Source: Antedon mediterranea (Eukaryota > Animalia > Echinodermata). From it: a stretch of 64,000 nt of DNA. The number at the start of each line of letters is the position of its first letter. The first letter of the stretch is position 1. Below, piece after piece: positions 1 to 11,200 of this stretch. The stretch covers positions 17,688,871 to 17,752,870 of the forward strand of contig NC_092676.1 of assembly GCF_964355755.1 (NCBI RefSeq), in the 5' to 3' direction. Both the position numbers and the translations under genes were made by a program. The notes beneath the pieces are model-generated. The model was not told the origin of the DNA. It saw only the letters and a list, made by a program, of their open reading frames with translations, and searched no databases.

Positions 1-488
1 CTGACTTTACAAATCAATTAAATTCAACATCTTCTCCTGTGTTCACTGTTGTACCTAAATGTATTAATTCTTAATTTATTTTATTGACTGATCTACTGTC
101 TTTACTTCTGTTGTCTTTCTGTTGATTTTTAGGCAAGTTATAGAGATTTAGTTAAAGCATGGAGGTATACCTCCATGGTTAACCAGGGGAGAATTTAGGG
201 GGGGGGGAGGGGTGCACCCATTTACATCAACGATTTTAAAGGAAAAGGGGGAAAAAAATTGTTCAAATTTGAACCGAGTTCAACTTCAACAGACTTCCAG
301 GGGCGCATGAACCCCTAGACAAATATTTTCCCATATCGACCCCCCCCCCCCCCCCTCTTTATCAAAATCCTGGAAACCTGGGTTACGTTTTCTTGCATTC
401 ATTTGACGTTTGTTGAATTTTAAAATAAAAAGATATACATAATAATGCACACAAGTTGTTGGTCTCTCTCAAGCAAAGGCCAATTATA

Positions 489-686
489 GAGATTTAATTA
501 ACCTGGATTACATTTTTTTTGTAGATTTAGTTAACCTGGATTACATTTTTTTTTGTAGATTTAGTTAACCTGGATTACATTTTTTTTTTTGTAGATTTAG
601 TTAACCTGGATTACATTTTTTTTGTAGATTTAGTTAACCTGGATTACATTTTTTTTGTAGATTTAGTTAACGTGGATTACATTTTT
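489..686. repeat. Tandem array, ~33-36 bp unit GTAGATTTAGTTAACCTGGATTACA(T)n
   Basis: About 6 visible copies; the same unit recurs at 5063-5203. Confidence 0.9.
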
Positions 687-1572
687 CGCGCCGCGGCTCT
701 AGCCAGCTATGTCCCAGGAGGACACATTCATTAATAAGCTGTTTCATAGCGGTAGCTTTAGTATCTAAGGCTGACAGTTTTGTGAATTTGGAAACTCGAC
801 TATAATTTATAGGTAGCTGCTGGACCCAAAAAACGTCTGGGAGAAGAGAGTCTATATGAAAGCCTTTGCTGATAATACAGTATTATTGAGATGTAGACGG
901 AAATCTGTAAAATCTTGTTCAATAAATAATAACTTCGTTTTTGCTGTCAACCAGGCCGGTATTATAATAAATCACTGTCAAATAATCATTCGATAATGGT
1001 CAAAACTTTATTTTGGCTCTGTCAACATAAAGGGAGGTATTTACAATAACTTTCTTTTGACTGTCAATCTAGGCCAATGTTATAATAATACGCCGTCAGA
1101 TATTAAATCATTGAAACAGTCCTGGTAAATTTTTTGTTGGTTATCAGATGCAGTGGGGGGTCCAATCAATTATCGTCAGAAGGTGAACAATCAGTCTAGG
1201 TAGCAGCAGCAGATTATTAGGAACGCCTGCTCCATTAATTAATCCAGAAAAAGGTTTGTACATTATCTATTTGTTTATTAGACTTCTCCTAACACAATTA
1301 TATTTTCTTTAAAAAAAGGTTTTATAAGTGGTTTTAACATTTATGATAGTAATGTCACAGTTCTGTGTCTGGACGCAACTTCATAGACCTACTAGTTATA
1401 TTATTCATATTAACTGATACTTACTCTTCATTTACCGTAAAGTTCAGTTTTAATGAAATATATAATATAAATTGGCTTTGTAACAATTAATTAGTGTTGA
1501 AAAGGTTAGTTTTTTGGTGATAGGTGAAAATGACATGTAACTTCGTAATCAATTTATTTTTTTTTGTATAAA

Positions 1573-1931
1573 GGCCCAATTACACTATGACGATAACAAC
1601 GGACGATAAATATATAGCATGCATTTTTTTTACATAAACCAAAAGAAATTAGAAAGGTTTTCGTTCTAGACCTATAGGATAATCATTTATGCTGCCTTTG
1701 ATAAAAATAATGTTTTTCAAATTCCAATCAAATGACGTCATGATAAATAAAAACAATAAAATCGCTGTATTGTCACGATATTATTGGTCTTACTAATCAT
1801 GACGTCATTTGATTGGACGTGTGAAAATATAATTTTCATCAAAGGAATTGTTTATATTTCTTTTGGTTTATGTATTAAAAATGCACATTTGTCTATTTAT
1901 CGTCGATCGTTATCGTCCTAGTGTATGGGCC
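1573..1931. mobile_element. Foldback MITE, PIF/Harbinger-like termini
   Basis: GGCCCA.TACACTA.GACGATAAC ... GTTATCGTCCTAGTGTATGGGCC|TTA; the inverted match extends inward (CCAATCAAATGACGTCATGAT vs ATCATGACGTCATTTGATTGG). Confidence 0.65.
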
Positions 1932-2436
1932 TTATGCTGTAAATGTTCAATTAATTGATCATTCCGTTTTCATTTTATTAGTTGGACTCTTGCACAGTTG
2001 CTGTCTAATTGGTGTGGTGTAATATCATTTCGAACCATATTAAAATCATAAAGAGATTCATATTCCTTAACATGTGGCTGTTATTATACAATTGAAAGCA
2101 AAACCCGTTGAATCTCAAATCATTAGGACTAGAAATTTGGCTTATCAATCAAATAAATACTTTCGTTCAAAATGAAACTCCAACCTCTCTAAAAGAATGA
2201 ACTCGAAAACGGACCGTTTTTTTGAATTGGAGAATGTTGAAACATTTCAATATTCATTTAAAAAAGTACATTAATTATGGTATTGATCAGTGGCTATAGA
2301 GGCGTAAAAACCCTCGGTCAATATCATGTAAAATGCACTGTGGAAGGGTCATTATTAAGACTGCAAAATTGGGCTTATCAACAAATAAATACTTTCGTTC
2401 AAAATGTAAAATCAAGGCTGAAAAATTGGGCTTATC

Positions 2437-4450
2437 AACAACAAAATATTTGCGAATGACACCAGCAAGATGTGGAAAGGAATGAAACATTTGATCTCAT
2501 CAAAGTCTAACTGGTTGCCATCTTCTGTTAGGATCAATGGTCATGCTTCTTGTAATGAAAATGAAATTAGTAATGCATATAATGATTATTTTGTAAATAT
2601 AGCTACTCATCTTGACAATGCACTTGCAGCTAATAATGTTGATCCATGTTCTTATTTACCTTTATTTGATTCTCAATTTGATTTTCAGAGGGTATCTTGT
2701 GAGTCTGTCCTGGAGCAGCTTAGTCGATTGGACTGTGGAACGTTGCTTGGAGTAAATTGTTACCCTATCAAATTGCTCAAGTTGGCAGCCCCTGTTATTG
2801 CGCCTTCTGTGACATTTATCTGTAATCTTTCACTTTCATCTGGTATTTTTCCAAATGACCTAAAAATCGCCAAAGTTGTTCCCATATATAAAAGTGGGGC
2901 CAAGGACGAACTCAACAATTATCTACCTATATCCGTTTTACCAATCCTCTCTAAAATCATTGAACGCGCTGCTCATATCCAACTCTATGACTATCTTACA
3001 GCACAGAACATTCTCTCAGATAACCAATCAGGCTTTAGGAAACACTTCTCTACCACTACAGCACTTACTAACACATGTGACAACTGGCTCGATGCTATGA
3101 ATGGGGGTCGCCTCACCGGGTCAGTTTTCATAGATTTAAGAAAAGCTTTTGACACGGTCAACCACAAGATCATGCTTAGAAAATTGACTCGGTGTGGTGT
3201 ATCCTCATCTGGCATCGAGTGGTTCACATCATATCTAACTAACCGCACTCAAACAGTTAAATTCAAAAACACTTATTCTAATTTTCTCACCATAACACAC
3301 GGTATACCTCAGGGGTCCATTCTTGGACCCTTGTTATTCACAATTTACATCAATGATCTTGCCACTGTTCCAGAACATGGCACTCTTGATCTTTATGCTG
3401 ATGATTCCACCCTCTATTATTCGCACTCTAACATACATATAATTAACAGAAACATCAACTCTGACCTCTCACTAATTAACACATGGCTCACCTCTAACCG
3501 ATTATCATTACACACTGACAAAACTGAGGCGATGTTAATTGGCGTCCCTCAGCGGCTTAAACACAAAACAATAGACGTATCGATTGCTGCACAACCGATC
3601 AAAGTTGTAACTAACCACAAACACTTAGGTGTGCACATTGACAATCAACTTAACTGGCATACCCATGTCAGTAAGTTGAGCTCTACACTTTCTTTCAAAA
3701 TCCACACACTTGCACGAATTAGAAAATATCTTGACAAACGTACAGCACATTTATTTTACAACACATTAATTTTACCACACATTGACTACGGTGCTCTTCT
3801 CTGGGGCACCGGAAGTAAAACAAACATTAATAAGATTCAAAAACTTCAAAATCGCGCTATGCGTGTAGTTCTTCAAGCTCCGCCTCGCACCAGCACTCAC
3901 ATTCTTCTAACATCTCTACACATCATGAATGTGTCACAGAGGGTGCAGTACCAGGTAGGCTGCCTAGCTTTTAAAGCCATGAACAATATTGCCCCTCGAT
4001 ACATCACCCAACGATTTTCCACTGTTCCGATACACTCTATGAGGACTAGGGCTGCTTCCAGGGGAGACTTACTGGTACCCAAAGTTAAATTGGAATGTTT
4101 CCGGCGCTCTTTTATTTATTCTGCTTGTATTTTATATAATGTATTACCTTCTGTTTTGAAAGAATGTACAAATATTAACTCGTTTAAATTTAATTTTAAA
4201 AAACACATTTTATCGTAATTGTTTAATTGAATTTTTTTTTGGATAATTTTTTTTTTTATATAATAGTTTTAAATTTAAATGTATATAGTAGATTCGTATT
4301 AGTTAAGTATAGTTTTATATATTTTGTCATTTTTAAGAGGGCCCCTGAATATCAGCTGGCCTGCGGGTTCAGCTGGAAGGGTTACCCTCTATAAATAAAG
4401 TTGAAATAAAAAAAAAAAAAAATAAAAAAAAAAATAAAAAAAAAATAAAA
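2437..4450 (+). mobile_element. 5'-truncated non-LTR retrotransposon (CR1/L2-group LINE)
   Basis: Uninterrupted RT ORF, short 3' UTR with a hairpin-like segment, AATAAA and an (A)n/(AAAAAT)n tail at 4404-4450; no endonuclease part. Confidence 0.9.
2470..4218 (+). CDS. LINE reverse transcriptase (N-terminally truncated ORF2)
   Basis: 582 aa: PISVLP..SKIIE, QSGFR, DLRKAFDTVNH, GIPQGSILGPLLF, YADD, HLGV. Confidence 0.92.
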   Translation: MWKGMKHLISSKSNWLPSSVRINGHASCNENEISNAYNDYFVNIATHLDNALAANNVDPCSYLPLFDSQFDFQRVSCESVLEQLSRLDCGTLLGVNCYPIKLLKLAAPVIAPSVTFICNLSLSSGIFPNDLKIAKVVPIYKSGAKDELNNYLPISVLPILSKIIERAAHIQLYDYLTAQNILSDNQSGFRKHFSTTTALTNTCDNWLDAMNGGRLTGSVFIDLRKAFDTVNHKIMLRKLTRCGVSSSGIEWFTSYLTNRTQTVKFKNTYSNFLTITHGIPQGSILGPLLFTIYINDLATVPEHGTLDLYADDSTLYYSHSNIHIINRNINSDLSLINTWLTSNRLSLHTDKTEAMLIGVPQRLKHKTIDVSIAAQPIKVVTNHKHLGVHIDNQLNWHTHVSKLSSTLSFKIHTLARIRKYLDKRTAHLFYNTLILPHIDYGALLWGTGSKTNINKIQKLQNRAMRVVLQAPPRTSTHILLTSLHIMNVSQRVQYQVGCLAFKAMNNIAPRYITQRFSTVPIHSMRTRAASRGDLLVPKVKLECFRRSFIYSACILYNVLPSVLKECTNINSFKFNFKKHILS

Positions 4451-5062
4451 TCACTACCATATTTGGGCACATCACACTTTTTTTGTTAAACTAGTTGGGA
4501 CAGTGTAGACACAGAACTATGTGATCGAAACATAAGTCGGAATTGGACTGACGCGATTGATTTAATTGGGTATTTTTATTAATGTAATGATTCATTAAAA
4601 ACTATAATACCGATACGCGTTTGGTATTGATCAATGGTGCAAAAAACCCTGAGAAATAATGGTATAACGCGATTTGGTGATAGCTTATCAATAATACAAC
4701 CCATATACTATTATTATAAATACCTATTACAAATCCATTCATATAACTTTTCATCGCGAACCGAAAATGTATAAATGTTATTCTACAGACAGTAATTATA
4801 TATTCAAAAGCCATATTATTATTATTATCAATACCTAAATGCGATAGTAATAACCACATAAACATAAATTATACCCAATACAAGTTTGTGCGTTTAATTC
4901 TAGAAAGAAACGACTGTGCTGACAGGCCAATGACATAAATCACAAGTAAAGTCCCAATTGTTCACTTGCGTTTTGATTGGCCGACCTATTATATTAGATT
5001 AATGAAGACTGTCCAGTCAAAAAGTTACGTGGCATTTTTTGTAAGAAATATTTCTTGTTTAT

Positions 5063-5203
5063 TGTAGATTTAGTTAACCTGAATTACATTTTTTTTTGTA
5101 GATTTAGTTAACCTGAATTACATTTTTTTTGTAGATTTAGTTAACCTGGATTACATTTTTTTTTTTGTAGATTTAGTTAACCTGGATTACATTTTTTTTT
5201 TGT
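5063..5203. repeat. Second array of the ~34-bp unit seen at 489-686
   Basis: About 4 copies of GTAGATTTAGTTAACCTG(G/A)ATTACA(T)n. Confidence 0.88.
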
Positions 5204-5204
5204 A

Positions 5205-5295
5205 TGATGTTAAAAGTAAAGCAATGTCATCCTCAAAGTCAAGATCTTTTAACTTCCTCATAAATTTCCAGCGTATTCTTTTGTTTTCCTCATAA
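5205..5295 (-). pseudogene. Small RTE-clade reverse transcriptase relic
   Basis: IRWKFMRKLKDLDFEDDIALL resembles the RTE I.W....L.DLDFADDIALL motif. Confidence 0.5.
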
Positions 5296-5602
5296 TCCAA
5301 TAAATTACAAATTGGGAAAATCAAGCATGACAGTATTTGTTTCACACTAGTCTTGACATGTAGATTATTTTTTAATTTTGTAAACATTTTGTAACAAGGA
5401 TCAAACACATCACTGTCCACATAATGTATTAAAGTGTTTTATCCTTGTTACAAAATTTTACAAAATTTGAACAATTTCCAAGAATCTACCCAAACTTTTT
5501 CTTTTTTTACATAAGCACACATACTTAATCATACTTAAAAGCTTTTTCCATTTCGTTTATTCCTCCTTCAGATTATTTAGTTCAACCTAAACGTTGATCA
5601 GC

Positions 5603-7975
5603 TTGCCAGCTAATTTAAATCACTCATATTTCTTTATGGTTGGCCCGTACTATGGAGGTTTAGCCAGCTAATTTACATCACTCATATTTCTTTATGGTTG
5701 GCCCATACTATGGAGGTTTAGCCAGCTCATTTAATTCACTCATATATCTTTATTGTTGGCCCATACTATGGAGGTTTAGCCAGCTCATTTAATTCACTCA
5801 TATATCTTTATTGTTGGCCCATACTATGGAGGTTTAGCCAGCTCATTTAAATTACTCATATTTCTTTATTGTTGGCCCATACTATGGAGGTTTAGCCAGC
5901 TCATTTAATTCACTCATATATCTTTATTGTTGGCCCATACTATGGAGGTTTAGCCAACTCATTTAATTCACTCATATTTCTTTATTGTTGGCCTGTACTA
6001 TGGAGGTTTAGCCAGCTCATTTAAATCACTCATATATCTTTATTGTTGCCTGTACCATGAAGGTTTAGCCAGCTCATTTAAATCACTCATATATCTTTAT
6101 AGTTTGCCCATACTATGGAGGTTTAGCCAGCTCATTTAAATCACTCATATATCTTTATTGTTGCCTGTACCATGGAGGTTTAGCCAGCTCATTTAAATCA
6201 CTCATATATCTTTATTGTTGGCCCATACCATGGAGGTTTAGCCAGCTCATTTAAATCACTCGTATATCTTTATTGTTTGCCTGTACCATGGAGGTTTAGC
6301 CAGCTCATTTAAATCACTCATATATCTTTATTGTTGCCTGTACCATGAAGGTTTAGCCAGCTCATTTAAATCACTCATATATCTTTATAGTTTGCCCATA
6401 CTATGGAGGTTTAGCCAGCTCATTTAAATCTCTCATATATCTTTATTGTTGCCTGTACCATGGAGGTTTAGCCAGCTCATTTAAATCACTCGTATATCTT
6501 TATTGTTTGCCTGTACCATGGAGGTTTAGCCAGCTCATTTAAATCACTCATATATCTTTATTGTTGCCTGTGTACCATGAAGGTTTAGCCAGCTCATTTA
6601 AATCACTCATATATCTTTATAGTTTGCCCATACTATGGAGGTTTAGCCAGCTCATTTAAATCACTCATATATCTTTATTGTTGCCTGTACCATGGAGGTT
6701 TAGCCAGCTCATTTAAATCACTCATATATCTTTATTGTTGGCCCATACCATGGAGGTTTAGCCAGCTCATTTAAATCACTCGTATATCTTTATTGTTTGC
6801 CTGTACCATGGAGGTTTAGCCAGCTCATTTAAATCACTCACATATCTTTATTGTTGGCCCATACTATGGAGGTTTAGCCAGCTCATTTAAATCACTCATA
6901 TATCTTTATTGTTTGCCTGTACCATGGAGGTTTAGCCAGGTCATTTAAATCACTCATATATCTTTATTGTTGGCCCATACCATGGAGGTTTAGCCAGCTC
7001 ATTTAAATCACTCGTATATCTTTATTGTTTGCCTGTACCATGGAGGTTTAGCCAGCTCATTTAAATCACTCATATATCTTTATTGTTGCCTGTACCATGA
7101 AGGTTTAGCCAGCTCATTTAAATCACTCATATATCTTTATAGTTTGCCCATACTATGGAGGTTTAGCCAGCTCATTTAAATCACTCATATATCTTTATTG
7201 TTGCCTGTACCATGGAGGTTTAGCCAGCTCATTTAAATCACTCGTATATCTTTATTGTTTGCCTGTACCATGGAGGTTTAGCCAGCTCATTTAAATCACT
7301 CATATATCTTTATTGTTGCCTGTACCATGAAGGTTTAGCCAGCTCATTTAAATCACTCATATATCTTTATAGTTTGCCCATACTATGGAGGTTTAGCCAG
7401 CTCATTTAAATCACTCATATATCTTTATTGTTGCCTGTACCATGGAGGTTTAGCCAGCTCATTTAAATCACTCATATATCTTTATTGTTGGCCCATACCA
7501 TGGAGGTTTAGCCAGCTCATTTAAATCACTCGTATATCTTTATTGTTTGCCTGTACCATGGAGGTTTAGCCAGCTCATTTAAATCACTCACATATCCTTA
7601 TTGTTGGCCCATACTATGGAGGTTTAGCCAGCTCATTTAAATCACTCATATATCTTTATTGTTTGCCTGTACCATGGAGGTTTAGCCAGGTCATTTAAAT
7701 CACTCATATATCTTTATTGTTGGGCCATACCATGAAGGTTTAGCCAGCTCATTTAAATCACTCATATATCTTTATTGTTTGCCCATACCATGGAGGTTTA
7801 GCCAGCTCATTTAAATCACTCATATATCTTTATTGTTGGCCTGTACTATGGAGGTTTAGCCAGCTCATTTAAATCACTCATATATCTTTATTGTTTGCCC
7901 ATACTATGGAGGTTTAGCCAGCTCATTAAAATCACTCGTATATCTTTATTGTTGGCCCATACCATGGATGTTTAA
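5603..7975. repeat. 58-bp minisatellite, about 41 copies
   Basis: Unit GCCAGCTCATTTAAATCACTCATATATCTTTATTGTTGGCCCATACTATGGAGGTTTA, with 57-bp variants. Confidence 0.97.
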
Positions 7976-8158
7976 CCCGTACACAGGCATTTGTTGTCTC
8001 ACTCTACTTTACCACAATGCTTTTTATTTTTTTCAGTTGTAGTTTAAAATGTTTTACTGGGGAGGCTGCTTCATTAGCCACTTGCCTTAATGGCTTCATA
8101 AATTTGTCATAAATAAAATGACATATATGCAATTTAAACATTATTTACTATTTTCTAG

Positions 8159-8230
8159 CACAAAGCACTGCTTCAGAACCAACAACACCAATACCTACAA
8201 CCATGGCACAATCCACTGATTTTCCAATTG
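8159..8230 (+). CDS. Thr/Pro-rich linker exon, copy 1 (PKD1-like gene)
   Basis: ttttctag|...|gtaagt, 72 nt, phase 1-1, QSTASEPTTPIPTTMAQSTDFPI; near-identical copy at 17818-17889. Confidence 0.7.
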
Positions 8231-11200
8231 GTAAGTTTATTTAAAAGTTTATTTTAAATTTCAAGATAGATTTCAATTTTCCAGTTTCAAGTTCAATTTC
8301 AATACTTCCTGATAAATGAAGTTTCTGTATAAGATGCAAAATGTAGAAGAGCCACAGCCCACTTTTCTATTTACGAATCCATGTTCTATTTGTAATAAAA
8401 TGAAAGACCTTCAAGTAATACTGGAACACAATAACATCCAAGTTTGTACACTTGCGGAAACATGGTTTAATGGAGACTATATTTGCAAGGTCAGTAACTA
8501 TAACTATTTCTATAAGAGCCGCACAAATACCAGAGGAGGAGCAACCTACGTCCACAACAGCATTCCTTCTGATCACATTGATTTTATTACTGTTCCAGAC
8601 GAACTAGAATGGGTTTGGGTCAAATTACAGCCTTATAAGCTTCCCCGTGAAGTTTCTGAAATATATGTGTGTGCCATTTATTGTAGCCCTAGCCAAAACA
8701 AAGACCATCAGTGTGACCTCTTAAACAATCTTAGAAATTCGATTGACACTATTGTTCAAGAAGAAATTTAGCAAAAGTCATTATTGCTTCGGATTTTAAC
8801 AGTGTTGATATCTCCCCTCTAATTAAAAATGTTGTTGATTTGCACCAAGTTATTAAAGATAAAACCAGAGGAGACAAAATTCTTGATTTCATAATATCGG
8901 ACCTTAAAGACTTTTATATGACTCCAGTAAATCAAGCCCCACTTAGAAAAAGTGATCACAATATCATTATTTGGAAACCGCTAAACTCAATTAAGTGTAA
9001 TGGTAAAATGGTTACAAAGATTTTTAAGCCTTGTACTGATTCGTCGATGAGAAGTTTCGGAAACTGGATTACCAAATTTGACTGGTCGCAGGTCTATAGT
9101 ATAAAAGATGTAGATGATAAACTGAATATAATGAACGATACCCTCACCACCTCGTACAACAAATTTTTTCCTAACAAACATTTGCGAGTTTATTCTACAG
9201 ATAGACCTTGGATTACTCCATACATTAAGAAACTTATCAGGTATAGACATTATCAGGTATAGACAAACTGCTTTTAGGAAGAAAAAACTTAGAAATAAAG
9301 TAATTTGGGAAATAAAGAAAGCTAAGGAGAAGTACTATCGTTATAAAGTAAAAACGCTTGAGGTGAGCAATCCCCGTAAATAGTATGACAAAGTGAAGCA
9401 GATTTTTGGTAAACGTAAAGACAAACCAAGAATTACATTTGATAATCCTTTACCGATCCCAGATTCCGTTGCCTCTAAAAAGATTCATTTGTCGTGAACT
9501 GGATCCTCTCAAACTTGATGAATTGCCTACAGTACATACCTCCCAGCTGAGAGTCCACCGCCACAAATGTTATGCTTTGAAGTCAAACAACAATTATTAA
9601 AAGTACAGATAATTAAATCAGTTCCACCTGGAGAAATTCCACCAGTTTTCATCAAGGAATTTGCATCTGAAATAGCAGAGCCCCTAACGCATGTATTTAA
9701 TTCTTCTTTGAAAGAGGGTATTGTACTCAAAGCTTGGAAACAAGCTACCGTTTTATCGATACCAAAGAAAAAAGGTACAGTCAGTATTGAACAGATTAGA
9801 CCAATCTCGCTTACGCCACTGTTTATCTGAAACTAAATGGTTAAATGAAGACCTATCTACCATTATAGGTAAACAGCAGTTTGCTAATGTCAAAGGTGTC
9901 AGCACGAGTCATTACCTTATTGGACTCTTACATTACATTCTTTCTGGACTGGAAAAACCTGACCAGGTACTAATCAGTAAGATGATATCAATTGGTGTCA
10001 GGAAATCTATCATCCTATGGTTCTGTAGCTTCTTAACTTATAGAGAACAAAGAGTGCTTTATGGTGGCGCTATTTCCTGTTGGACATCTATATTTTGTCG
10101 TGTTCCACAAGAAAAGCAATCTGGCCCAAGCCTTTTTCAAGTAATGGTCTTGTCTCAATGACTCGGCATTAGATTGCATTACAAGGTGGAAATTTGTCAA
10201 CGATCTAACCTTCGCTGATATCTCGAAAAATAACTGTCTGGACTCTATTCAATTGTACTTTAGTAATTTAGAGGAATGGTGTAAAATAAATAAAATGGCC
10301 CTTAACCCTAATAAGTGTAAATCGGTGGAGATTCTTTTGCAAAACTCCTGGTTACTATGATTTACTGACTAATAATGGAGTCCAAGCTTTTAGGTGTAAC
10401 TATCCAAGATAACCTTAAGTGGGATACTCACATTGGTGAGATCTGTAGCACTAAATTAGGCCAAAAGCCAGGCATATTGTGTTGGTACTCGGTCTTCGGT
10501 CCTCCTGGTGCACCAGAAGATCAGTTAATCAAGATTTATATATCTTTCATACTCTCTATAATTGAATATGCTTGTCCTACCTGGCACTCCTTCCTGACTT
10601 CCGAATTAAGCTGTGACCTCGAATCGGTCCAGAAGAGGTTTTTAAGAATTGTACTATAGAGGAGGTACTATTTGTACACTACAGCCCTTGAGCAATTTCT
10701 CTTGATAGGCTCTGTGACCGTTGTCTCCAGCTTGTCCTAAAGTTTGGGAGGAGTGTCTATGAAAACTTTAGTGATGTTATCCCCAATACCCGTGCTGAAG
10801 CGACAGGTAGATCTCTCAAAAACGCGAACAAGATATCCCAAATTAAATGTAGAACAGAGAGATTTAAGAAATCCACACTCCCATTCCTGATTTACAATGA
10901 CCTAATAGTGCAATAATATATATGTGAAATTCGTAATTTTGATCGATAGGCCTACGGATGATTATTAATTTTACTCACAGTTTGTAAATTTGTAATTGTA
11001 TATACTTTTTTTTTTATTGCATTTGTGTAAATGTTACTCGTTTTTTGGTATATATTTTATGTTAATGTTACTGGACGCAATTCAGTTTTGTACTGCCATG
11101 TCTTTGTTTTAATAAACCACAATAAATTTTTAAAAAACAACAACTGACAAATGCATTAATTTCATTTCAGTATGTACTTTTTACTATCAGTCATCACAGT

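Noticed and set aside
184-380. Possible small G/C-tract MITE
   Set aside because: Termini too degenerate and no TSD
2406-4453. TAAAATCA as the target-site duplication of the first LINE
   Set aside because: The left copy is ~25 bp from the apparent 5' junction, within a local host duplication, and is low complexity
5603-7975. CRISPR-like appearance of a regular repeat with variable segments
   Set aside because: The variable parts are point variants of one unit, not unique spacers; eukaryotic context, no cas genes
1-8158. Start or signal-peptide exon of the PKD1-like gene
   Set aside because: No convincing ATG plus hydrophobic leader plus phase-1 donor found; probably upstream of the window or missed
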